Virus record (IMG/VR): IMGVR_UViG_3300031673_000058 | Coordinates: 1-55,168 of that record | Direction: 5' to 3' (one strand) | DNA from: a virus | Taxonomy: Duplodnaviria > Caudoviricetes | DNA: 55,168 nt | Part shown: positions 1 through 8,954 of the stretch, one piece after another | Layout of the letters: each line of letters opens with the position of its first letter | How positions within the stretch are numbered: the stretch's first letter is position 1 | Program-made: the position numbers and the translations under genes | The notes under the pieces: model-generated | Database searches by the model: none | The model's input: only the letters and a program-made list of their open reading frames with translations | Told to the model about the DNA's origin: nothing

Positions 1-27
1 TTACACGCCTTGATAATGGCGGTTAAT
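1..27 (+). repeat. Terminal direct repeat, copy 1 (copy 2 at 55140-55166)
   Basis: TTACACGCCTTGATAATGGCGGTTAAT identical at both ends. Confidence 0.95.
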
Positions 28-46
28 CTGACTTAACGGTAATTTC
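13..46. other. Arm-6bp-arm core of tripartite site 8 (third arm at 55086 across the circular junction)
   Basis: ATAATGGCGGTTAA-tctgac-TTAACGGTAATTTC. Confidence 0.8.
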
Positions 47-74
47 TTGACACGCATTTCAATGTGAGTATAAT
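47..74 (+). promoter_or_regulatory. Consensus sigma70/sigmaA promoter
   Basis: TTGACA (47-52), 16 bp, TATAAT (69-74). Confidence 0.8.
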
Positions 75-75
75 T

Positions 76-89
76 AGAACATAAGTTCT
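76..89. promoter_or_regulatory. LexA (SOS) box, Gram-positive/Chloroflexota type
   Basis: AGAAC-ATAA-GTTCT overlapping the predicted +1 region. Confidence 0.8.
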
Positions 90-312
90 TGATTTTTTCC
101 CAAGAGAAAACGGGATAAAAATTGGGCGTAGTTGGTTATAGGGTTCACCAGCGCAGCGAGCAAAAAGATCGGTGCAAATCCGACGCCAGGAAATCCAAGC
201 CGTAACCCCCCTACACGGTCAGGATGGTGGAAAGCCTCCAAGTCAATGGTCTGATGGTCTGTCAGTGACACAGATTCCGGGGCCAGCGTTATTCAACGCT
301 GGCCCCTTTTTG
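90..312 (+). ncRNA. Candidate structured leader or small RNA
   Basis: Lies between a strong promoter and an intrinsic terminator; several hairpins (TCGG-TGCAAAT-CCGA; CCGT...ACGG; TCTGT...ACAGA); no long sense ORF. Confidence 0.4.
278..312 (+). terminator. Intrinsic terminator
   Basis: GGGGCCAGCGTT-attc-AACGCTGGCCCC followed by a T-run. Confidence 0.85.
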
Positions 313-328
313 CTTCTAGGGCGATAAA

Positions 329-1069
329 ATGACGGAAATAGACGAATCACAAGTAAAGCTTATCCAATCCCTCGCCGACCTGGAACTCGACGCCAATAAC
401 GCGAACCTGGGGACGGAGCGGGGGATGTGGACGTTGCAAGAGAGCGTGATCCGCTTCGGCGTGGGCCGGGGGATCGTGGTGGATCGGCGCGGGCGGGTCA
501 TCGGCGGCAACAAAACTACCGAGACGTTAGGGAAGTTGAACCCTGGCGTGAAGTTGGTGGTGGTGCCGAGCGACGGCGACACGCTGGTGGTGACGCAGCG
601 GGTTGATCTGGACCTGGACGCGGATCCGGCAGCGCGCGAGTTGGCCTTCGCCGACAATCGCGTGGGGGAGTTGAATCTGGCGTGGGACGCGCAGCGGATC
701 GTGGAGGGTCTGGATGCCGGGCTGGATTTGGCGGCGTTCTTTCACCAGGGGGAGTTGGACACGCTGTCGCTGCCGGAAGACGCGCTGGTGGGGTCGGAGA
801 AAGAGACGGAGGCCGATCTGGTTCCGGAGATGGAAGTACAGCCCTTCGAGCATTATGATTACGTGATGCTTATGTTTCGGAATACATGGGATTGGGCGCG
901 CGCGGTGGATGTGTTGGACATCGAGCCGCGCGCGTTTGCGTTTACGTCCAGCAAGGGCGAGAAGCATCGCAAGATCGGGCTGTGCCGGGTGCTGGACGGG
1001 GCGAAAGTGCTGGCGCTAGTAGACGGTAGACGGCAGACAGTAGACGGGGGGGAGAGAGTTGGAGATTAG
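329..1069 (+). CDS. ParB/Srx-like N-terminal domain protein
   Basis: LADLELDANNAN...GRGIVVDRRGRVIGGNKT...LAFADNRVGELNLAWD pattern typical of ParB-like proteins in phage modification clusters. Confidence 0.7.
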   Translation: MTEIDESQVKLIQSLADLELDANNANLGTERGMWTLQESVIRFGVGRGIVVDRRGRVIGGNKTTETLGKLNPGVKLVVVPSDGDTLVVTQRVDLDLDADPAARELAFADNRVGELNLAWDAQRIVEGLDAGLDLAAFFHQGELDTLSLPEDALVGSEKETEADLVPEMEVQPFEHYDYVMLMFRNTWDWARAVDVLDIEPRAFAFTSSKGEKHRKIGLCRVLDGAKVLALVDGRRQTVDGGERVGD

Positions 1070-1340
1070 TGTAGTAATCCTCAGTCATGAAGATATGCGG
1101 CGGGCTGTGACAAAGTATCTGTGCGATGTGCTGGATGGAGAAGTGCAGGTCAACAGCATCAAAACCATGAAAGGGCAACGTGGTTTTGCCATCGATCTGG
1201 CGATTTTTGAACCGGACAGCCTCGGGGAGAACGCTGTCGAAGGATTTCTACCACCGTGCGGAAGGCATGAGACTAATCCGTTTGCACCAGAGGATGCACA
1301 TCCCAATGCGGGTCGTTATCCCATCGCGGAAGAGGGTTGA
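1059..1340 (+). CDS. Hypothetical protein
   Basis: TTG start after purine-rich RBS; fills the gap between neighbours. Confidence 0.45.
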   Translation: MEISVVILSHEDMRRAVTKYLCDVLDGEVQVNSIKTMKGQRGFAIDLAIFEPDSLGENAVEGFLPPCGRHETNPFAPEDAHPNAGRYPIAEEG

Positions 1341-2043
1341 GGCGTGCAGGCACGTGCTGCGGATGTTTCCGGGCGCGCTGGTGGTGGTCCACGAGGAAGA
1401 GGCCGCCGATTATGCCGTCCTCGGCGCGGAGCTGCTGGCGCATCCGGCCACGGTCGCGGGGATCGCGCCGCTGAAGAACTGGATTCTGGACAACGTACCG
1501 GACGAGACGGTGTTTATCGTGGACGACGACATCAGCGCGTTGAAGGCGATGGCGGGCCGGGCGACGGCGAGCGCGGTGATCCGCGATCCGGTCGCCATCC
1601 GGCAGATTGTGGAGAACGCGGAGCAGGGTGCGCGCGTTCTGGGAACGCCGGTGTTCGGGTTCAATCAGAACGGCGGGGACGTGCGCAAGTTCAAGAATCA
1701 AGACCCTTTCGCTTTCAGCGGATGGGTGGGCGGGGCGATGGGGATCATCGGGCGCGATCTGCGCTTCGACAGTCAACTGAAGCTGCGGGCGGACATTGAC
1801 TTCTGCTTGCAGGCGCAACGGAAGTATCGCTGCATCTTTGCCGACCTGCGCTTTGCTTTCGTCGAGCAGCGCTTTAACAATACGGGCGGCAATGCGGGGA
1901 TGCGCAGCGCGGAACGCAATCAGCGCGAGTTGGCGTATCTGCGGCAGAAGTGGGGCAAGTGGCTCACGATCGTCGAGGGTAAAGGGACGGTGATGCTCAA
2001 GGTCCACGTCAACCGCAGGCAAAATCTCGTGATGATTTCGTGA
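1294..2043 (+). CDS. GT-A fold glycosyltransferase, GREB1/TET-associated (TAGT)-like
   Basis: VVIPSRKR, GIAPLKNWILD, FIVDDDI, DIDFCLQ, NTGGN and YLRQKWG motifs; start at 1294 or 1306. Confidence 0.7.
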   Translation: MHIPMRVVIPSRKRVEACRHVLRMFPGALVVVHEEEAADYAVLGAELLAHPATVAGIAPLKNWILDNVPDETVFIVDDDISALKAMAGRATASAVIRDPVAIRQIVENAEQGARVLGTPVFGFNQNGGDVRKFKNQDPFAFSGWVGGAMGIIGRDLRFDSQLKLRADIDFCLQAQRKYRCIFADLRFAFVEQRFNNTGGNAGMRSAERNQRELAYLRQKWGKWLTIVEGKGTVMLKVHVNRRQNLVMIS

Positions 2044-2073
2044 TTGACAAGGGATGTGCTCCTGTGAGAGAGT
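2029..2073 (+). promoter_or_regulatory. Repeated promoter element, copy 1 of 4
   Basis: TCGTGATTGACA-N13-TGTGAGAGAGT. Confidence 0.75.
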
Positions 2074-2101
2074 GAGGGTAATTCACACACAGGAGGATAC
2101 G

Positions 2102-2722
2102 ATGAACGGCAGTTACAGACCTTTTACACAGAATAGCTATCCGCTGGACGAGATCATCAGCGCGCTGCAGAAGGACATCCGGCGCGGAAACGAGGAGCAG
2201 GCGCTCTACTGGTGTTTGGAGATGGTTCCCCGCTTCGAGGCGTATTTGTGGCGGCGGCTGATTGTGATCTGCAACGAGGACATCGGGATCGCCAATCCCG
2301 ATCTGCTGGTGCAGATCCCGGCGCTGCGGGCGCAGTTCTTCGAGTTTCGCGACGAAGGGAAGGATGGGACGTGCCGGTTGATCCTGGCGAACGCGATGCT
2401 GTTGATGTGCCGGTCGCCAAAGGCGCGGATGGCGGACCATCTACAGCGAGTTGTGACGCAGCAGTGGATGGACGAGCAGATGGCCGGACGGCGGGGAATT
2501 CCCGATTACGCGCTGGACAAGCACACGCGGCGGGGGAAGGCATTAGGACGGGGCTTCGATGACTGGCTGGACGTGGGTTGCCAGTTGGAGAATCTCGGCG
2601 AGGTGGACGATCCTTACCGGGAACGCGCCGAGGCACTGTGGCGGGCTGGAAAGAGTGATGCGCCCGTCTGGGGGAAGCGGAAGAAGGGTGGGCCGGAGCA
2701 GTTGAATATGTTCGATTCGTGA
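2102..2722 (+). CDS. RarA/MgsA C-terminal-like protein without the AAA+ domain
   Basis: ISALQKDIRRG...ALYW...WRRLIVICNEDIGIANP...RSPK; RBS AGGAGG; no Walker motifs. Confidence 0.75.
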   Translation: MNGSYRPFTQNSYPLDEIISALQKDIRRGNEEQALYWCLEMVPRFEAYLWRRLIVICNEDIGIANPDLLVQIPALRAQFFEFRDEGKDGTCRLILANAMLLMCRSPKARMADHLQRVVTQQWMDEQMAGRRGIPDYALDKHTRRGKALGRGFDDWLDVGCQLENLGEVDDPYRERAEALWRAGKSDAPVWGKRKKGGPEQLNMFDS

Positions 2723-2734
2723 TGTATCACGAAT
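2715..2734. promoter_or_regulatory. Palindrome carrying the TCGTGAT half-site of the promoter repeat
   Basis: ATTCGTGAT-gt-ATCACGAAT. Confidence 0.5.
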
Positions 2735-2847
2735 AGTATATCAGGGATGATATAGTTTGCCTGTCAGTGAAGGAATTCCGGGGCTATTACCATGAGGATG
2801 GTAGTAGCCCCTTTTTGTTATCAATTAGCAGTTTGTGGAGGGAAGCA

Positions 2848-3324
2848 ATGAAGACGAAAGTATGGATTGCGGCGGTAGTGGTTCTGTTGTTGGTGTTGGT
2901 GAGTGGCTGTGACGTGATTCCTGGCGTGAGTCCATTGGAGACACCAGTTTTCCCAGGTGCGGGTGGCGACGTGGATGTGCCAACGCTGCCGGCATTCTTG
3001 GAGATGCTGGCCGGGCCAACGGGATGGGTGATTCTCGGTGCGCTGTTTTCTTCGCTGTTGGCGAAGTGGCCGTGGTACAACGTGCAGGTTGACGAGATCA
3101 AACGCGGTTTGATTATCGTGGTTTCGGTAGTGGCCGCGATTTCCGCGCGCCTGCTATTGACTTATGTGCCTCCGGTGTTCTGGGAAGCTACTGCCGTGTA
3201 CTGGTATATTGCCGGTGGCGTCGTGCTGACGTGGCTTGGTAGCCAGGGATGGTATCGCGGGGTAGTGAAGCCGGCAGCGATGGCGCAGAAAATCAAGGAG
3301 AGCCTTGCGCAGACAGGGCTTTGA
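2848..3324 (+). CDS. Membrane protein, holin-like, with lipobox-like N-terminus
   Basis: LVLVSGC plus about 3 TM segments, directly upstream of the endolysin. Confidence 0.55.
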   Translation: MKTKVWIAAVVVLLLVLVSGCDVIPGVSPLETPVFPGAGGDVDVPTLPAFLEMLAGPTGWVILGALFSSLLAKWPWYNVQVDEIKRGLIIVVSVVAAISARLLLTYVPPVFWEATAVYWYIAGGVVLTWLGSQGWYRGVVKPAAMAQKIKESLAQTGL

Positions 3325-4570
3325 CGTTTCGCGGTATCAGGGCGCGATTGACTGGTCGCAGATCACGGGCCAGGATTTCGTGTTAATCCGCGCAATGCTA
3401 GGTGTGACGCTGGATGATCGCTTCGTCGAGAATCTAGCCGGCGCGCGTAGCGCCGGCATCGAAGCGTCGGTGTATCACGTCGCCCACGAGGATATTGCGG
3501 CAGAGCGCCAGGCGGCGGCGCTGTTGGAGGCGTTGAGCGCGGCGCAGTTGCGGCCCCGGCTGCCGGTGGCATTGGATATCGAGCGGCCACCGGTGGCGGG
3601 GAACACGGCGGCGCACCGGCGGACGTTGGAGCACGCGCGTGTCGTCGCGGCGTCCCTTCAGGAAGCAGGTTATCGGGTGATGATCTATACCGGGGCCTGG
3701 TGGTGGAATCCGGCCAGTGCGGACGTGGATGTGAGTTGGGCGACGGCGTTCGATTTATGGGTAGCGACTTACGGAACGCAAGCGCCAGTTCTGCCACGTG
3801 GGTGGTCTAATTGGCGCTTTTGGCAGTACACGTCGAGCGGGCGCTTGACGGGGATCGTGGGCAACGTTGATTTGAACGTTTTTGAAGGGGACTGGCTATC
3901 ATATCTCGCCCTGAGTGAGCCGGACGTTATCCCGACGTTCACTCTGCGCAATGCGCCGTTCGAGATAGTTCAGGATGGGCAGGTGCTCGCGCGCTTTGTG
4001 CTAGAGCCAGCCGTCCCTGAAGCGCCGCCGGAGCACGCTGCAGATTGGACGCTGCCGGTGGGGACGGCGCAATATCCGCCGTTGAAGTGGGGCGTGCGCG
4101 GGTACACGCACGATCTGCGGACGACGAACGAGAATCCTAACCGGCGCAACAGGCAGCCGTGGCCGCACAGTGGTTACGACATCAATTTAGACGTGCCACC
4201 TTACGGCGATGTTGAACGCGGTATGCCAGTCGTCGCAATGGCTGCCGGGGTGGTGCATTATGTGACCGACAGTTGGAGCGGGGTGGGAATGTGCGTGATT
4301 CGCCACGAGCACGAGGGCGCGCCGGTGTGGTTCCGGTACGCGCACATCGATGTGCAGGTGCAGGCCGGGCATGTTGTAGAGGCAGGGCAGGTGCTCGGCG
4401 TGATTGCGGATTATCCAAACGAGGGCGATCATCTGCATCTGGACGCGGCGCTTGATCCCATCACCCGCGAGTGGGTGACGCCGGAAATTCAGTGGGTGGA
4501 TCCGGCCCCGATTTTGTGCGCGCATATTGATCCGGCGTTGGTGTATGAAATGTTGCGGGTCGGAGATTAA
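3305..4570 (+). CDS. Endolysin: GH25 lysozyme plus M23 peptidase
   Basis: GFDVSRYQGAIDW, LDIE, WQYTSSG, VDLN; HSGYD, YAH, HLHL. Confidence 0.9.
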   Translation: MRRQGFDVSRYQGAIDWSQITGQDFVLIRAMLGVTLDDRFVENLAGARSAGIEASVYHVAHEDIAAERQAAALLEALSAAQLRPRLPVALDIERPPVAGNTAAHRRTLEHARVVAASLQEAGYRVMIYTGAWWWNPASADVDVSWATAFDLWVATYGTQAPVLPRGWSNWRFWQYTSSGRLTGIVGNVDLNVFEGDWLSYLALSEPDVIPTFTLRNAPFEIVQDGQVLARFVLEPAVPEAPPEHAADWTLPVGTAQYPPLKWGVRGYTHDLRTTNENPNRRNRQPWPHSGYDINLDVPPYGDVERGMPVVAMAAGVVHYVTDSWSGVGMCVIRHEHEGAPVWFRYAHIDVQVQAGHVVEAGQVLGVIADYPNEGDHLHLDAALDPITREWVTPEIQWVDPAPILCAHIDPALVYEMLRVGD

Positions 4571-4576
4571 GGTAAT

Positions 4577-4909
4577 ATGAACGACTTCGATGGACGGGTT
4601 ACGATGGCCGTGCTCGGCGAGCAGTTGACGCAGGTTGTTTTGCGTGTTGATAAGCTGATTGAGTCGGTGGATCGCCTGGTTGAGTCTGGGCATAAGCGTG
4701 ACATGGATATGACCAGCGTGCGCCTTGCGCTCGCTGGGGTTGAAAAATTCGGCGCGCGCCTGGATCAGAGCGAAGACGATATTAAAGAAATGCAGCCCTG
4801 GGTGCGCGGGCTGCGTTGGGGCTTGATAATCATCGGGGGGGTTATCATTCTGACGCTTTTCGGCGGGCTACTGTGGGCGGTTGCGCAAAGTGGAGGTTTG
4901 CTCCAGTGA
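4577..4909 (+). CDS. Coiled-coil protein with C-terminal TM (lysis accessory)
   Basis: Heptad pattern and hydrophobic C-terminus; follows the endolysin. Confidence 0.55.
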   Translation: MNDFDGRVTMAVLGEQLTQVVLRVDKLIESVDRLVESGHKRDMDMTSVRLALAGVEKFGARLDQSEDDIKEMQPWVRGLRWGLIIIGGVIILTLFGGLLWAVAQSGGLLQ

Positions 4910-5142
4910 TGCGCCACTGTAGATGTGGGCAGGAGTACGCGGGGAGGCGGTGTCCGTGCCGGAGGAAGAAGGGCCGGGTAGGCCATGTGTCGGTGGGTTG
5001 TGGTACGCGCGGTTGGCGGTTAGCTGAGGTGCGTGTGTGTTCACGGTGCGGGACGGCTTTGGAGCATGTTGGGACGCTGTGGCGGTGCCCAGAGTGTTTC
5101 GAGCGTGATGGGGCAGGTCGGGCGAAGGGAAACGGTGGTTAA
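4909..5142 (+). CDS. Small Cys-rich zinc-ribbon protein
   Basis: TGATG overlap with upstream stop; CRC, CPC, CSRC, CPEC. Confidence 0.45.
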   Translation: MRHCRCGQEYAGRRCPCRRKKGRVGHVSVGCGTRGWRLAEVRVCSRCGTALEHVGTLWRCPECFERDGAGRAKGNGG

Positions 5143-5145
5143 CGA

Positions 5146-6339
5146 ATGAGGGTCGCGGTTTTCGGGATGGGACATGTGGGGTTGGTGACGGCGGTGATGC
5201 TGGCCTATTACGGGCACGATGTTATCGGTGTGGACGTCGATCACGAGAAGTTGGCGTTGTTGCACGCGGGGAACCTGCCGTTTTACGAACCAGATTTGAA
5301 AAGTCTGATGAGTTACGCGTGCAATGAAGGGCGGTTGCACTTTATGCAGGACGGCGCGGCGGTGGTGCGCGATAACGACGTGAGTTTGGTGTGTGTGGGG
5401 ACGCCATCGGCAACGGATGGCAGTGTTGATCTAGGTGCAGTGTGTAGCGCGTTAGACGTGATCGCTGCGGGCCTGAAAGAGCATACTGGCTATCACGTAG
5501 TGGCGATACGGAGCACAATCCCGCCGGCAGCGGTGGATAACCTCGTGTTGCACTTAGACTGGTACTCCGGGCATAGCAAGTGCGGTTTTTGTGTGAATCC
5601 TGAGTTCTTGCGTGAAGGTTCGGCGGTGAAGGATTTTGCCAATCCGCCCTTTGTGCTGATCGGACAAGCAGACACTCGCGCCGGGGAGCAACTTGCAGGG
5701 CTGTATGCACATATCCGGGCGCGGCAGATTGTGACCGACTGCAAAACCGCGATGCTCGTGAAATACGTTTCCAACGCCTGGCACGCGCTGAAGGTGACGT
5801 TCGCTAACGAGATCGGAGACATTGCCGTGACGGTAGGTGTCAATGGGCGCGCTTTGATGGATATCTTCATCCAGGATACCGCGCTCAACATTTCCGGGGC
5901 GTACTTGCGCCCCGGTGCCCCGTTCGGTGGGTCGTGCTTGCCGAAGGATTTACGGGCATTGGTGGGAATGTGTGATGGAAAGAGCGCCTCTGTGTTAACC
6001 GCCGTTATGCACAGCAACGATAAGCGCGTGTGGCGGATTGTGGATCGGTCGCTGGCGACCGGCGCGCAGCGCTTCGCCGTGATCGGCGCCAGTTTCAAAA
6101 TGGGGACGGACGACGTGCGTGAGAGTCCGTGGATTACGGTGGCGCAACGCTTGCTGGATGCGGGGAAAGAAGTACGGATGTACGACCCCGAAGTGCGGCA
6201 GACGAATTCACTGCTGACTGACGATCTCCATACTCTTTTACAATGGGCCGAATGCACCATCATCGGTAAGCCAGACCTGATACCGCCAGGGGCGTATTTG
6301 CCGGAGTGGGTCATCTACGAAGATGGCAGGTGCGCGTAA
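5146..6339 (+). CDS. UDP-glucose/GDP-mannose 6-dehydrogenase family protein
   Basis: GMGHVG, CVGTP, NPEFLREG, KVTFANE, FGGSCLPKD, FKMGTDDVRESP. Confidence 0.92.
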   Translation: MRVAVFGMGHVGLVTAVMLAYYGHDVIGVDVDHEKLALLHAGNLPFYEPDLKSLMSYACNEGRLHFMQDGAAVVRDNDVSLVCVGTPSATDGSVDLGAVCSALDVIAAGLKEHTGYHVVAIRSTIPPAAVDNLVLHLDWYSGHSKCGFCVNPEFLREGSAVKDFANPPFVLIGQADTRAGEQLAGLYAHIRARQIVTDCKTAMLVKYVSNAWHALKVTFANEIGDIAVTVGVNGRALMDIFIQDTALNISGAYLRPGAPFGGSCLPKDLRALVGMCDGKSASVLTAVMHSNDKRVWRIVDRSLATGAQRFAVIGASFKMGTDDVRESPWITVAQRLLDAGKEVRMYDPEVRQTNSLLTDDLHTLLQWAECTIIGKPDLIPPGAYLPEWVIYEDGRCA

Positions 6340-6342
6340 TCA

Positions 6343-6681
6343 GTGGCGGTTACGGACGATGTGCGAAGGATGCGAGTGGCGGCGCTGCATCTGCGGGGAT
6401 TGACGCCGCTCGAAATCCGGGCCGCGTTGCAACAGGGTGGTATTCCCGGTGATCTGGAGACAGTGTGCGCGGACATTGTGTTTCTGGAAGCGGTGTGGGC
6501 TACCGATGTCAAGGTGGAGCAGGAGAAGCGCAAAGCACGGTTGTTGGCCGAATTGCGCGAGGCGCGCCGCGCGGCCTGGGCTGCGGGCAAGTTCGACCTG
6601 GTGCTGAAGGCCATCGAGCAGGAGGCGAAATCGATTGAAGCGCTGCCCCCGTCGCCGGTGGAGATGCTAAAACTGCGGTAA
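6343..6681 (+). CDS. Small HTH-like protein upstream of terminase
   Basis: GLTPLEIRAAL helical motif; position. Confidence 0.5.
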   Translation: MAVTDDVRRMRVAALHLRGLTPLEIRAALQQGGIPGDLETVCADIVFLEAVWATDVKVEQEKRKARLLAELREARRAAWAAGKFDLVLKAIEQEAKSIEALPPSPVEMLKLR

Positions 6682-6771
6682 AGCGTGTTTCGCGTATTCA
6701 TAAGGCGGTTACCTTATACGAGCAGCTTTCTCGAAGTGTTGAAATCAAAGTGACCAATAACTGACCACAAA

Positions 6772-7425
6772 ATGACCGAATTTTTGTTGCCCGACTCAGT
6801 TTTGTCGGTGCTGGATAGCGAGTTGTCATCCAGGCTCTCGGCGATCAGGGGCAAGGAAGCGGCGAAGATGCGCTATACCGCTATATTGTATGGCATCGCG
6901 CGCGCGACGCCAGGCGTAGCCGAGGATAGTATCTTCGACAGGGAACGCCCGGATAAGCGCAAGATTTGTGCGCGGTCGATCTGGTACGGGAAATGGAAGA
7001 CTAACCCCAAAATTCGGCTGGTATGGGAATACGTCGAGGCACAGTATGGTCAGCATAACGATGCGGAGACGTTACGTGTCGAGATGGCAGCACAGCAGTT
7101 CCTACGGCGTGCGATTGCCGAGGGGATGGTGGACGCGGTGATGGGCTTGCGACAGACGGCGGTCAGTGTAACGGACCGCGCCGATTACCGCACGGAATCA
7201 TCGGTGACGCTGCTGACGTTGGGCAGCGAGGAACTGGCGGCGCGGTTGGCGGCGCTGCATCCCGGCGCGGTGCCGGTAGAAATCACGGAGCAGCCAGACC
7301 AGGTGGTAAAACTTGACGTTAGCGGACTCTCTCCTCAATTCTTGCGGGCTATCGCCGACGAAGGCACAGATAGCGCAGTTGCGGCGGGATGCACGGAGAG
7401 CGTTAGCCAAGCAGAGCCTGATTGA
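6772..7425 (+). CDS. Putative terminase small subunit
   Basis: Overlaps the start of TerL; helical. Confidence 0.5.
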   Translation: MTEFLLPDSVLSVLDSELSSRLSAIRGKEAAKMRYTAILYGIARATPGVAEDSIFDRERPDKRKICARSIWYGKWKTNPKIRLVWEYVEAQYGQHNDAETLRVEMAAQQFLRRAIAEGMVDAVMGLRQTAVSVTDRADYRTESSVTLLTLGSEELAARLAALHPGAVPVEITEQPDQVVKLDVSGLSPQFLRAIADEGTDSAVAAGCTESVSQAEPD

Positions 7426-8809
7426 TTTCACGCGCTGGACGTATCCGCAATACGTGGCGGATCCGGCGCACTGGCTGATTGCCAGGCACCTTGAAAAGGT
7501 TATAAGCGGCGAGATCACGCGGTTGATGATCTTTGCTCCACCCCAGCACGGGAAGAGTGAGTTGGTGAGTGTGCGCCTTCCGGCCTTCTGGTTGGGGAAG
7601 CGTCCTGACGATCCGGTGATCCTTAGCTCATACGGGGCAAGCCTGGCCGAGCGACACAGCGCCGAGGCCCGGTCCTGTGTGGAGAGCGAGGCTTACGCGG
7701 AGATTTTCCGCAATGTGAAGACGCGGCAGGACAGCCGGGCCAAACAGCTCTGGCGCATCGCCGGGAAACGCGGGGGGATGTTGGCGGTAGGCGTCGGGGG
7801 GCCGGTGACCGGGCACGGGGCGAGTTTGGGGATCATCGACGACCCGTTCGAGAATTGGAAGCAAGCGCAGAGTCTCACGGTACGCAATCAGGTATGGGAT
7901 TGGTGGCGGGGGACATTCCGCACCCGTATCTGGGAGAACGGCGCGATCATCCTGGTGATGACCCGCTGGCACGAGGACGATCTCGCGGGGCGGCTGCTCT
8001 CCGAGCAGGGAGAACGCTGGACGATCCTGCGGCTTCCGGCAGTGGCGGAGAGTCAACCGGAGCGCGATGAGAGCCACGCGCTGGTGGGACTGCCGCCAGG
8101 GTTGCCCGATCCGTTGGGACGCCAGGCCGGTGAAGCATTGTGCCCGCAGCGATTCAGCGCGGAAGCGCTAGGCGAGATTCGGCGCGATGTGGGCGGGGTG
8201 GTATGGTATGCGGAGTACGAGGCCACGCCCAGGCAGCCGGAGGGCAACAAGTTCAAGCGGCAATGGTTCCAGATCGTCAACGAAATCCCTTCTGGCGCGC
8301 GCAGAATCAGATATTGGGACAAAGCGGGCACAGAAGGCGCGGGAAATTTCACTACAGGGCTTTTGATGGCCGAATATCAGAGCCGATATTATGTCGAGGA
8401 TGTGGTGTGCGGGCAATGGTCGGATTTAGCACGCGACCAGACAATGCGACTGACAGCGGAATTGGATGGCATCAATGTGGAAATCTGGGCAGAGCAGGAG
8501 CCAGGCAGCGGGGGCAAAGATAGCGCCAATGCGACGCTGCGCAATCTCGCGGGATTCACGGTGCATGTCGAAGTTGCCAGCGGTAGCAAGGAAGTTCGCG
8601 CCGGGCCGTTTGCAGCGCAGTGTGAGGCGCTGAATATGTTCCTGAAGCGGGCATCCTGGAACGCGGCGTACATCAACGAGTTGTGCGCGTTCCCGAATGG
8701 GACGAATGACGACCAGGTAGACGCCAGTTCGGGAGCATTCAGTAAGCTGGCATTTGGTGGGGGACGCGCGGCAAGTGCGCCGGGACGGGTAGTGCAGAGC
8801 GTGGTGTGA
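7313..8809 (+). CDS. terL: Terminase large subunit
   Basis: APPQHGKS Walker A, GIIDDP Walker B, MTRWHEDDL, YWDKA, FPNGTNDDQVDA. Confidence 0.95.
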   Translation: MTLADSLLNSCGLSPTKAQIAQLRRDARRALAKQSLIDFTRWTYPQYVADPAHWLIARHLEKVISGEITRLMIFAPPQHGKSELVSVRLPAFWLGKRPDDPVILSSYGASLAERHSAEARSCVESEAYAEIFRNVKTRQDSRAKQLWRIAGKRGGMLAVGVGGPVTGHGASLGIIDDPFENWKQAQSLTVRNQVWDWWRGTFRTRIWENGAIILVMTRWHEDDLAGRLLSEQGERWTILRLPAVAESQPERDESHALVGLPPGLPDPLGRQAGEALCPQRFSAEALGEIRRDVGGVVWYAEYEATPRQPEGNKFKRQWFQIVNEIPSGARRIRYWDKAGTEGAGNFTTGLLMAEYQSRYYVEDVVCGQWSDLARDQTMRLTAELDGINVEIWAEQEPGSGGKDSANATLRNLAGFTVHVEVASGSKEVRAGPFAAQCEALNMFLKRASWNAAYINELCAFPNGTNDDQVDASSGAFSKLAFGGGRAASAPGRVVQSVV

Positions 8810-8833
8810 GTGCTGGATTTGGCAATCCAGCAC
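8810..8833 (+). repeat. Hairpin repeat (second copy 21249-21270)
   Basis: GTGCTGGATT-tggc-AATCCAGCAC directly after the stop codon. Confidence 0.7.
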
Positions 8834-8840
8834 AAGCGAG

Positions 8841-8940
8841 AGAAGGGCCGTTAAACGGCTTTAATGGACGTTTTGACGGTAGACAGTAGGCCGTAGACGG
8901 TAGATAGGTGGGAGTTAGGGCGTTGAAAAATGCCTGTTAA
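8841..8940. other. Tripartite site 1
   Basis: AGAAGGGCCGTTAA-acggct-TTAATGGACGTTTT ... AAAATGCCTGTTAA; 80-bp unit 8861-8940. Confidence 0.85.
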
Positions 8941-8954
8941 TGCAGGAGGTGGGT

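Noticed and set aside
165-200. Cobalamin riboswitch (GGTGCAAATCC)
   Set aside because: Only the T-loop-like hairpin matches; the GCCACTG and B12-box elements are not seen.
8861-8940. The 80-bp units as MITEs with TTAA target duplications
   Set aside because: Interiors are mostly non-homologous, a third arm lies outside each unit, and no transposase is present.
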